A DNA stretch of 64,000 nucleotides from Gemmatimonadota bacterium. Lineage in GTDB: Bacteria; Gemmatimonadota; Gemmatimonadetes; Palauibacterales; Palauibacteraceae. The notes below the pieces were generated by a model. That model saw only the letters and a list, made by a program, of their open reading frames with translations, searched no databases and was not told the origin of the DNA. Positions 9,296-18,170 of the stretch are shown here, piece by piece; position 1 is the stretch's first letter, and each line of letters opens with the position of its first letter. The position numbers were made by a program, and so were the translations under genes. The stretch is from NCBI GenBank assembly GCA_039587355.1, contig JBDHIO010000013.1, positions 9,847 through 73,846 on the forward strand. The letters are read 5' to 3'.

Positions 9296-9314
9296 GCCGT
9301 AGACAGGCAGGAGC

Positions 9315-10037
9315 ATGACGGAACACTTGGAAATCGAGCGCATTTCAGCGCTGCTGGATGAGCCCTGGTCGGATCTGGACGCCGAGGGTCACCTCGAGGC
9401 GTGCGAGGACTGTCGTCTGGAGTTCGAACGGCTGAGCCGGATGCGCATGGCGTTCTCGGGTCTCGGAGAGCTCGAAGCTCCACGGGATGAGTGGGCGCGA
9501 ATCGAAGTCAATCTGAACGACATCTTCGGTCCGGAGGGGTCGGACGTGGTGCCGATCACCGGTCGCCGGCCGCTTGCGCGTCGCCTGATGGTGAACGGAC
9601 CGCTTCAGGCCGCCGCGGCGCTCGCGCTGTTTGCCGGCGGTGTGTTCGCGGGGCTGCAGTTCACGAGCGGCGGCGGGACGGGCGCGGTGAACGGCCCGGT
9701 CGTCACCGGGCAGGTCCCGGCCGTGATCCCGGCATCGGGTGAGGATCGGGAGCTGTACAACGTGCTCTCAGACCTGGAATCGATGCAGACGCCGCTTCGC
9801 CAGGTCGGTGCCGGCGGGCCGGACGCCGCGATGGTTCCCGCCGATCTCGATGCCTACGAGGCCGCGAGGGCGGCGGCCCGGCTGGACGGGATCATCCAGG
9901 CGCTCCGCGAGCGGCTGAACGAATCCCCCGGTGACCCCCTCGCGAGCGGGTATCTACCGTGGGCGCTGGATCAGCGCGCCCTGTTGGCCGAGGTGCTCGA
10001 GCAGTCCGCCCGGAACTCCAGCGTGGTCGAATGGTGA
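9315..10037 (+). CDS. Putative zinc-finger (zf-HC2-like) anti-sigma factor, single TM
   Basis: 240 aa. N-terminal H-x3-C-x2-C (HLEACEDCRLEF), central TM LQAAAALALFAGGVFAGL. Positioned directly after the ECF sigma. Confidence 0.7.
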   Translation: MTEHLEIERISALLDEPWSDLDAEGHLEACEDCRLEFERLSRMRMAFSGLGELEAPRDEWARIEVNLNDIFGPEGSDVVPITGRRPLARRLMVNGPLQAAAALALFAGGVFAGLQFTSGGGTGAVNGPVVTGQVPAVIPASGEDRELYNVLSDLESMQTPLRQVGAGGPDAAMVPADLDAYEAARAAARLDGIIQALRERLNESPGDPLASGYLPWALDQRALLAEVLEQSARNSSVVEW

Positions 10038-11149
10038 GTCGAGTCGGCCGGTCTCGGACCGGTTTCGTACCTCTCGCCGGTATCGCGTTGCTGGTCTGCA
10101 CCGCGCCGGTTGCCGGCATGCAGGAGCCGGACCGACCGGCCGGGTGGCTCGGCGTGCGGGTGACTCAGAACTACATCTGTTCGTGGGAACGGGGCGATCC
10201 GGAGGGGGACTGCGATCTAGTCCTCGACATCACCCAGGTCCAGGAGGGCGGACCGGCGGAGGTGGGGGGCCTGTTGCCCGGCGACCGGATGATCGCAATC
10301 AACGGGCAGGACCTGACCTTCCAGACGTGGGACCCGCTGCGCGAGTCGATTCGTGCCGGGACCCCCGTGAGCATCGACGTGATGCGGGAGGACGCCCGCC
10401 ATTTCGCCCGCGTGACACCACGCCTCTTCAACCGGGCCTCGGAGGTTGGCGACTGGATCGGAACCGCCGCCAGGGGACGCACGAGGGTCACTCAAGCCGG
10501 GCAGCAGTCCGTCTTCGTGGTGACCCTCACCGAGCTCGATCGCCGCGAGGGTGGTGCCGCGTTCGCGATTACCGTGCGTGATACGGAGGACGAGGGCGTG
10601 GCGTTCGAGCCCGCCGCTCTGCGGGTCATGGACGGACGTCTCCGTCTCGTTCCTATCAGCGACGGGGTCTCGATCGACGTGCCCGAGCTGCGTCGCGAGA
10701 TCGTCGGGACGCTTCGCGGAATCACCGATTCGTCGTATGAGCGGGCCGCGAACGCAGTGCAGGTCGTGGAGGGGATCCGCGCCCGGCTCCCATCCGACGC
10801 CGAACTCCGCGAGCGGCTGACGCGGATTGCGCAGGTGGGCCTTGAGGAAATCCGGCTCGCGACGACGTTCCGGCGCTCCTGGGCGGGTGCTCAGTTCGTC
10901 TCGGCCGGTCCGGGCCTCGCCACGGCCGTGGAGGCGGACAGCGAGGGCCTCCTCGTCGTCCGGGTCATCCGAGACACTCCGGCGGACCGTCTCGGGCTGC
11001 GCGAGGGCGATGTGGTCTTCGAGGCCGGCGGGAAGCCGCTGCGCGAGGTCAGCGAGCTCGTGTGGATCGTCGACTCCGCCGAAGGTGACGTCGAGATCAA
11101 GTGGAATCGCAGGGGCCGCGAGATGAGCGGGGTCTACCGCCGACGGTAG
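10031..11149 (+). CDS. Exported protein with two PDZ domains and no protease domain
   Basis: ATG at 10031 overlaps the anti-sigma stop. Signal-like FVPLAGIALLVCTAPVAG. PDZ-like GGPAEVGGLLPGDRMIAINGQDL and DTPADRLGLREGDVVFEAGGKPL. No GDSGG-type catalytic motif seen. Confidence 0.7.
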   Translation: MVSRVGRSRTGFVPLAGIALLVCTAPVAGMQEPDRPAGWLGVRVTQNYICSWERGDPEGDCDLVLDITQVQEGGPAEVGGLLPGDRMIAINGQDLTFQTWDPLRESIRAGTPVSIDVMREDARHFARVTPRLFNRASEVGDWIGTAARGRTRVTQAGQQSVFVVTLTELDRREGGAAFAITVRDTEDEGVAFEPAALRVMDGRLRLVPISDGVSIDVPELRREIVGTLRGITDSSYERAANAVQVVEGIRARLPSDAELRERLTRIAQVGLEEIRLATTFRRSWAGAQFVSAGPGLATAVEADSEGLLVVRVIRDTPADRLGLREGDVVFEAGGKPLREVSELVWIVDSAEGDVEIKWNRRGREMSGVYRRR

Positions 11150-11307
11150 AGGTTCGCTTCGTGTGAGCGGTGTGGGGGCGGCAGGGTTGGCCGCCCTTTC
11201 GCGTCTCTGGATTTCCGACACGCGCCCTCCCCCGGGCCGCGGCGCATCGATTGCCTTACATTGCAGCGTGAAAGTGCCCAAATGGGCTACGGAGATATCA
11301 TACAGAC

Positions 11308-11352
11308 GTATACACTGTATACATCATATACATCGTATACTGCGTATACATG
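11308..11352. repeat. Five head-to-tail 9-bp repeats (consensus GTATACATC) in an AT-rich island
   Basis: GTATACACT / GTATACATC / ATATACATC / GTATACTGC / GTATACATG at exact 9-bp phase (11308, 11317, 11326, 11335, 11344). Local GC is far below the window average. The last unit contains the first ATG of the downstream ORF. Confidence 0.9.
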
Positions 11353-12651
11353 CCACGATCGGATACGATGACCGAACCCACCATCGCCATAACCCCTTCT
11401 CGTGAAGCCACTTGGGAGCGATACGCCGAGTATCTCGAGAGGTCCCCGGAGATCATGCTCGAATGGAACGACCCCGAGACGTCCGCGCGCGGTTGGCTCG
11501 TGATCAACAGCCTGCGGGGTGGGGCGGCCGGCGGTGGGACCCGGATGAGGGCGGGACTGACCCGGGACGAGGTGCAGTACCTCGCGAAAGTCATGGAGCT
11601 CAAGTTCTCCATTTCCGGCCCTCAGGTCGGCGGCGCGAAGTCGGGCATCGACTTCGACCCGGACGACCCGCGCAAGCAGCAGGTGCTGAAGCGATGGTTC
11701 CGCGCGATCAAGCCGTTTCTCGAAAGATGCTATTCGACTGCGGGCGATCTCAGCGTCGATGAGGTCCGCGATGTGTTGCCGGCCGTTCGCGAGATGGGTC
11801 TCCACCACCCCCAGCAAGGTCTCGCCTGCGGCCACCTGGGGCTCAAAGGGGAGCATCTCGCCACGCGTCTCGACGCACTCCGTTTAGGGCTGGGCCAGAG
11901 CCTCCCCGAAGAAATGGGCATCGAAGGCCATAAGATGGTCGTGGCAGACGTGGTCACGGGGTTCAGCGTCGCGGTGTCGGGTCTCCGTCTCTACGAGCGG
12001 CAGGGTCGATCGCTCGAGGGCGTTCGGGTGCTCATGGAGGGGTTCGGCCGGGTCGGTGGAGCGGCTGCGCTGTACCTCGCGCGCTGGGGAGCGCGGATCG
12101 TGGGCATCGTCGATGACCGGCACGCGCTCATCTCCGAGGAAGGCCTGGATGCATCAGGCGTCGAAGATCTCATGCGACGCCAGAAGAGCAATCGCCTGCC
12201 GTCGCGAGAGGACGGGACCAGTCCGCCCCCGCGCGATGCGTTCGGTGAGATCCCCGCCGACCTGCTCGTCTGCGCCGCAGCCTCGGGCACGGTCGACTAC
12301 GAAGTGCTCGATCGTCTCGAGCAGCAGGGCGTGAGTGCCATCCTGTGCGGCGCGAACCACCCCTTCGCCGCCAGCGGGTTCGGCGACACGAGCGTCGAGC
12401 GGGCGGCCGACGAGAAGTTCGCCGTGGTGGCCGATTTCATCGCCAACCTCGGCACCGCGCACGCCTTCGCGACGTTGCTCCAGCACGACGAACCGGTCGA
12501 ACCGACGGCGATCCTCGACTCCATCGAGATGACGGTCTGCTCGGCCCTCGATGAGGCGATCGTTCGGGCGGGAAGGCCGGATCGGGGGCTGCTGGCAGCG
12601 GCGCTGGAGGGGGCGTTGGCGCGCGTGAGCGAGACGCCGGAAGAGGAGTAG
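11350..12651 (+). CDS. Glu/Leu/Phe/Val dehydrogenase-family amino acid dehydrogenase
   Basis: 433 aa. GGAAGGGTRM and catalytic-Lys motif GPQVGGAKSGIDFDP; C-terminal NAD Rossmann MEGFGRVGGAAALYL. The alternative ATG at 11368 would leave the repeat array fully upstream. Confidence 0.85.
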   Translation: MPRSDTMTEPTIAITPSREATWERYAEYLERSPEIMLEWNDPETSARGWLVINSLRGGAAGGGTRMRAGLTRDEVQYLAKVMELKFSISGPQVGGAKSGIDFDPDDPRKQQVLKRWFRAIKPFLERCYSTAGDLSVDEVRDVLPAVREMGLHHPQQGLACGHLGLKGEHLATRLDALRLGLGQSLPEEMGIEGHKMVVADVVTGFSVAVSGLRLYERQGRSLEGVRVLMEGFGRVGGAAALYLARWGARIVGIVDDRHALISEEGLDASGVEDLMRRQKSNRLPSREDGTSPPPRDAFGEIPADLLVCAAASGTVDYEVLDRLEQQGVSAILCGANHPFAASGFGDTSVERAADEKFAVVADFIANLGTAHAFATLLQHDEPVEPTAILDSIEMTVCSALDEAIVRAGRPDRGLLAAALEGALARVSETPEEE

Positions 12652-12659
12652 CAGGGCAG

Positions 12660-12680
12660 GGCGGCGCGCGCCGCGCCGCC
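12660..12680. terminator. GC-rich hairpin between convergent genes (possible bidirectional terminator)
   Basis: GGCGGCGCG-cgc-CGCGCCGCC, a 9-bp perfect stem with 3-nt loop, lying between the dehydrogenase stop (12651) and the minus-strand stop (12695). No U-tract. Confidence 0.35.
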
Positions 12681-12694
12681 TGACCCCGCTCTGG

Positions 12695-13417
12695 TCAGTT
12701 CACGTCTACGAACTCCGGACGGACCGTGAGGATCAAGGTGCTTTCTCCCCGCCCTTGAGAGCTTCCGAGCACGACGGTCTCCCCGACCGGGACGGCCATC
12801 GACGTCTCGATCCGCTCCCACCCGCCCTGTAGCTCGACGCTCAGCACGACCGATCCCTTGCTCCCCCGGCCCCGGACGTCTTCGATCCTCGCCTGAAGGT
12901 GCAGTCCGAACTCGTCCACATCATCCGAGCCCGAGCCCACCCGAGCAATCCGCTGAGTCGAGCCCGACCCCTCCATTGCCGCCATCTTCGGCTCCGCGAG
13001 GAGGCGATATCCCTCGAACCGAAACAGGTCCTCGAGCACCCGCTGCACGTCCTGGATCCGCGCGTCCGTCCCGGTGTACCCGTTCGCTTCGATTACCTGG
13101 AAGTGCAGCCGCACCGCTGGGGTCGCGAGATCGTAGTTCGTCAGGACCTCCTGGATCCGCCCAAGGTTCTCACGGGTCTCGCGCACCGTCACCCCGTTCG
13201 TGAAGTGCGTGACCAGCCCCGGCGCACCCTCCCGCTCGGGATACACGTAGGGGGCGATCATCTCGACGGCTTCCGAGGGGTTCATGTACTGCAGTTCGAA
13301 CGTCTGCGTCTCGAGCTCGACCCGCCCGTCGCACGCGCCCGCGCCGATGATCGGCAAGAATGCGACGGACGCGAACATCGTGGTCACTCCCAGCTTCGTC
13401 CTCAGCTTCCCCATCAT
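12695..13417 (-). CDS. Lipoprotein with secretin-N-like (GspD N-domain-like) repeats
   Basis: ATG ATG at 13417 preceded by GGGAGAGG. Signal FASVAFLPIIGAGAC. FELQYMNPSEAVEMI... and ...VRLHFQVIEANG resemble secretin N domains. The upstream part of ORF 12695..13768 is Arg-rich junk. Confidence 0.55.
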   Translation of the reverse strand: MMGKLRTKLGVTTMFASVAFLPIIGAGACDGRVELETQTFELQYMNPSEAVEMIAPYVYPEREGAPGLVTHFTNGVTVRETRENLGRIQEVLTNYDLATPAVRLHFQVIEANGYTGTDARIQDVQRVLEDLFRFEGYRLLAEPKMAAMEGSGSTQRIARVGSGSDDVDEFGLHLQARIEDVRGRGSKGSVVLSVELQGGWERIETSMAVPVGETVVLGSSQGRGESTLILTVRPEFVDVN

Positions 13418-13461
13418 GATGCCTCTCCCTTCGCCCGGGGCCCACGCGGGTCCCGGTACGG

Positions 13462-13914
13462 TTAGTTGTCCGATTCTTCTTCGTCGTAGAACCACACGAC
13501 GCGGATCTTCGGGTTGCTCGTCTGAAACACGGCCACCTGCCCGCCCTCCGGGGCGTTGATCGAGAACGGTGCGCTCTCGGGTTCGCCGGCCGGCAGCGTG
13601 GCCGGAGATTGGAGGGACGCGACGTGCACGACGGCGGGCAGGGCAGCCGGTGCGGTGCGCGTGGCCACCCAGAAGGCGCCGATGACCGGGACGGTCGCGA
13701 GCGCGGGCACCGCCCACCGAAGGACGCGCCGACGCGGCACGAATCCGCGAAGCACCCGGTGGCCCCACCGGTAGCCGCTCCTCGCGGGTCGTTTCGTGGC
13801 CAGGGCCACGGCCTCGTCGACATCGAAGGACGGTCGAAGCGAGTCGAGCGCCTCGGCCAGCTTCGCGGCGCCGCGCTGCTCCTGCGCCTCGACGTTCCCT
13901 TCGTCCCTGTTCAT
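13462..13914 (-). CDS. Single-pass membrane protein, possible anti-sigma factor
   Basis: ATG at 13914 overlaps the sigma-factor stop (ATGA). One TM (WAVPALATVPVIGAFWVA). No zinc-finger motif. Confidence 0.5.
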   Translation of the reverse strand: MNRDEGNVEAQEQRGAAKLAEALDSLRPSFDVDEAVALATKRPARSGYRWGHRVLRGFVPRRRVLRWAVPALATVPVIGAFWVATRTAPAALPAVVHVASLQSPATLPAGEPESAPFSINAPEGGQVAVFQTSNPKIRVVWFYDEEESDN

Positions 13915-14513
13915 CTCGCCTCCGACTCCTTCGTCACCCGTTCGCGGATCGTCCTGCGCGCCTTGAACAGGTTCGCCCGCACCGTGTTCGGGTTCATCTC
14001 GAGCATCTCCGCCACCTCGGCGGGCTCGTAGCCCTGGAAATCGACCAGGTCGCACACCTCGCGCTGTCTCGGCGGGAGCTCCCGAAAGAACCCCCTGATG
14101 AGCTCGATCGTCATGGCTCTCTCGCCGGTCTCAGCTGGTCCGATCAACAGATCGGTCGCGGCGCCGAGCTCGCCCGTGTCGCGCACCATCCATCGCGCTC
14201 GGCGTTTCACCCGGCGTCGCCAGGACGAGGCCTCGTTGGCCGTGATCCGGTAGAGCCACGTCGTGAAGCGGCTCTCGCCTCGCCACCGATCGAGACTCGC
14301 ATGGAGCTTGACCAGAACGGTCTGCGTCACGTCGTCCGCGTCATCCGGATCGCCGATCCGCACCAGCGCCCAGCGGTGGATACGGGCGTACACCTCCCGC
14401 ACGAGACGCTCGAATGCTTCCGAGTCGCCGTCGCTCGCGGCACGGGCGAGATCGTCCAGTCCCCGCCCCGCATCCGCGTCGTCCCTGTCCGCCGTCACCG
14501 ACAGTCCATGCAC
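13911..14513 (-). CDS. ECF sigma factor
   Basis: 200 aa. Region 2 (DVTQTVLVKLHASLDRWRGESRFTTWLYRITANE) and region 4 (DLVDFQGYEPAEVAEMLEMNPNTVRANLFKAR). Confidence 0.85.
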   Translation of the reverse strand: MHGLSVTADRDDADAGRGLDDLARAASDGDSEAFERLVREVYARIHRWALVRIGDPDDADDVTQTVLVKLHASLDRWRGESRFTTWLYRITANEASSWRRRVKRRARWMVRDTGELGAATDLLIGPAETGERAMTIELIRGFFRELPPRQREVCDLVDFQGYEPAEVAEMLEMNPNTVRANLFKARRTIRERVTKESEAR

Positions 14514-14677
14514 GTTCGATCTCTTCCCACCCGGCTGGTTTCACGCGTGAGACGTCATGATGGGGTCCCGCGTTTACTTCGACTCGCGGGCCTCGTAATC
14601 TCTCCCCCCCGCGGGGCCCGCACGACCCCGGGCGCACGCGGTGCACAACCCGCCCCACGCATGAAGACGAGGACACC

Positions 14678-15922
<1,245 letters not shown>

Positions 15923-16071
15923 CCCTCGTCCTGGATTTTTCGGGACACATAGGGACAGCGCCGGTCGCGGATTGGGGACACAACGCCCCTATTCGCGCCC
16001 GGCGCTTTCTGTCTCACCTCGTTCTCCTGCCATACCCCGCGCCCCGAAACCCGCTTCCCGTCTGCCTAATT

Positions 16072-16087
16072 ATCACCTGCAGGTGAT
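16072..16087. promoter_or_regulatory. Perfect 16-bp palindrome ATCACCTGCAGGTGAT upstream of nirS (candidate operator)
   Basis: Seen directly. Lies 127 nt upstream of the nirS ATG in a 290-bp intergenic region. Does not match the FNR/Dnr consensus TTGAT-N4-ATCAA. Confidence 0.4.
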
Positions 16088-16213
16088 GTTTGCCCGCGCC
16101 CGCGCATTACCCCCGTGACTGGTACAGCCGTTGCCCGTACGTGCGTTCGCGGAGGTCCGGCTTCCTCGCGTTCCTCCTCGTTACGACACGTCCCCTCACC
16201 AGGAGCGGGAGTC

Positions 16214-18169
16214 ATGAAGAAATACCAACCAGCGAAGGGGTTCCTCCCGGTCTTCTTGTCGATCTTCGCCATCGCGCTCGCCGCGGCCTGCGGTGGGGGG
16301 GATGCTCCGGAGGCGGCGGACACGACGGTCGCGGCGGCGACCGACGCGCATCCGGGCCAGACCATCTTCGAAACCAAGTGCGTCGCCTGCCACACGATCG
16401 GCGAGGGCGTACGAATCGGTCCCGATCTCAAGGACATCAGCGACAAGCGAGAGCGAGACTGGCTGGTCCGGTGGATCGACGATCCGATCGGCATGGCACA
16501 GAACGATCCGATCGGACAGGAGATCTTCGCCGAGTACAACCAGGTCCCGATGGCTCCGAGCTTTCTGACGGAACCGGAGATCGACGACGTCCTCGACTAC
16601 ATCGACGAGGTCTCGACCGGCGCGCTCACGCTCGTGACCGCCGACCAGGGGCCGATCGAGCTCAGCGAGGCCGAGTTCGATCAGGGTCGCCAGATCTTCT
16701 TCGACCGCTGTGCGGGGTGCCACGGCACGCTGCGGGCGGGGGCGACCGGCCCGAACATCCAGCCCGAGCGCACGACGCAGATCGGGACGATGGCCCTCAC
16801 GGCAACGCTGCGGCATGGTCTGCCGGGCGGCATGCCGGCGTGGGGCGATGCGGGAATCCTCAGCGAAGAGGAGATCGGGATCATGGCGCGGTACGTTCAG
16901 CTGCCGCCGCCGAATCCGCCGGCCCGGCCGCTCGCGCAGATCCGCGATAGCTGGAACCTGACGGTTCCGGTGGCCGATCGGCCGACCGAGCCGCAGACGG
17001 ACCGTAACTGGGAGAACTTTTTCGGAGTGATCCTCAGGGATGCCGGCCAGGTCGCGATCATCGACGGCGACAGCTACGAGCTCGTCGGGATCGTACAGAC
17101 CGGCTTCGCGGTTCACATTCTCCGTTCCTCGTCTTCGGGCCGGTACTACTATGCCGTGGGTCGAGACGGCAGGGTCTCGCTGATCGATCTCTGGACCCCC
17201 GAACCCTCCCTCGTCGCACAGGCGCAGGGCTGCACGGACGCGCGGAGCGTCGATGGGAGCAAGTACGAGGGATTCGAGGACCGCTACGTGATTCAGGGGT
17301 GCTACTGGCCGCCGCAGTACGTGGTCTTCGATGGGCTGACCCTCGAGCCGCTGAACGTGACGAGTGTCCTCGGCAACGCCGTCGACACGAACGAGCCGCT
17401 CGACGAGGTGCGCGTCGCCGCGATCGTGGCGTCGCACAACGACCCCGTGTGGGTGATGGGCCTGAAGGAGTCCGGACACGTCGGGATCGTCGATTACTCG
17501 CAGGAGGGCTTCCCGCTCACGGCGAAGATCCCCGCTGAGCGCTTCCTCCACGACGGCGGATTCGATCACACGAAGCGGTACTTCATGATCGCGGCCAACA
17601 ACCGGAACAAGATGGTCGTGGTCGATCTCGAGAATCAGGAACTCGTCACGACGTTCGAGACCGGTCACAGGCCGCACCCGGGTCGCGGCGCCAACTGGCA
17701 GGATCCGGAGTACGGCTGGGTCAACGGTACGATCCATATCGGTCAGGGGCTGCTCAGCGTGTACGGGGCGGACCCCGAGGCTCGGCCCGACGTAGCCTGG
17801 CAGGTCGTACGTGAGGTCGAGCTGGATGGAACGGGCAGTCTGTTCCTGAAGACGCACGAGAACTCGCCCTGGGTATGGATGGACATGCCCATGAACAACA
17901 GCCCCGAGGGTACGCGTCAGGTCTGCGTATACTCGAAGGCGGATGGCGATATCGAGCGGTGCTGGCTCGTGTCCGATCACGGTGCGGCCGTGCACTTCGA
18001 GTACAACCGTGCCGGCGATGAGGTCTGGGTCTCGGTGTGGGATAGAGCGGGTGAGATCGTCATCTACGACGACGCGACCCTCGAGGAGAAACACCGTATC
18101 ATCGCGGACTGGCTGGTCACGCCGACCGGCAAGTTCAACGTCTATAACACCGCACACGACGTGTATTGA
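16214..18169 (+). CDS. nirS: Cytochrome cd1 nitrite reductase with an additional N-terminal monoheme cytochrome c domain
   Basis: ATG at 16214 after AGGAG. Lipoprotein-like signal (AIALAAAC). Extra haem site CVACH. Then the canonical NirS c-domain FFDRCAGCHGTLRAGATGPN...GMPAWG and d1 propeller (GRYYYAVGRDGRVSLIDLW, AERFLHDGGFD, HPGRGANW, LVTPTGKFNVYNT), collinear by eye with my recollection of Pseudomonas NirS. Confidence 0.93.
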   Translation: MKKYQPAKGFLPVFLSIFAIALAAACGGGDAPEAADTTVAAATDAHPGQTIFETKCVACHTIGEGVRIGPDLKDISDKRERDWLVRWIDDPIGMAQNDPIGQEIFAEYNQVPMAPSFLTEPEIDDVLDYIDEVSTGALTLVTADQGPIELSEAEFDQGRQIFFDRCAGCHGTLRAGATGPNIQPERTTQIGTMALTATLRHGLPGGMPAWGDAGILSEEEIGIMARYVQLPPPNPPARPLAQIRDSWNLTVPVADRPTEPQTDRNWENFFGVILRDAGQVAIIDGDSYELVGIVQTGFAVHILRSSSSGRYYYAVGRDGRVSLIDLWTPEPSLVAQAQGCTDARSVDGSKYEGFEDRYVIQGCYWPPQYVVFDGLTLEPLNVTSVLGNAVDTNEPLDEVRVAAIVASHNDPVWVMGLKESGHVGIVDYSQEGFPLTAKIPAERFLHDGGFDHTKRYFMIAANNRNKMVVVDLENQELVTTFETGHRPHPGRGANWQDPEYGWVNGTIHIGQGLLSVYGADPEARPDVAWQVVREVELDGTGSLFLKTHENSPWVWMDMPMNNSPEGTRQVCVYSKADGDIERCWLVSDHGAAVHFEYNRAGDEVWVSVWDRAGEIVIYDDATLEEKHRIIADWLVTPTGKFNVYNTAHDVY

Positions 18170-18170
18170 T

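Noticed and set aside
11176-11200. Hairpin GGGCGGC-aggguug-GCCGCCC followed by TTTC after the PDZ gene, a possible intrinsic terminator.
   Set aside because: The stem is only 7 bp with a 3-nt T-run, too weak to call without transcript data.
11308-11352. Possibility that the 9-bp repeats are a CRISPR array or part of a mobile-element terminal repeat.
   Set aside because: The units are contiguous with no spacers and far too short for CRISPR. No transposase/integrase or matching inverted copy was seen in the window.
15923-16213. Search for a canonical FNR/Dnr box (TTGAT-N4-ATCAA) in the nirS promoter region.
   Set aside because: None was found by eye. Only the non-canonical 16-bp palindrome is reported.
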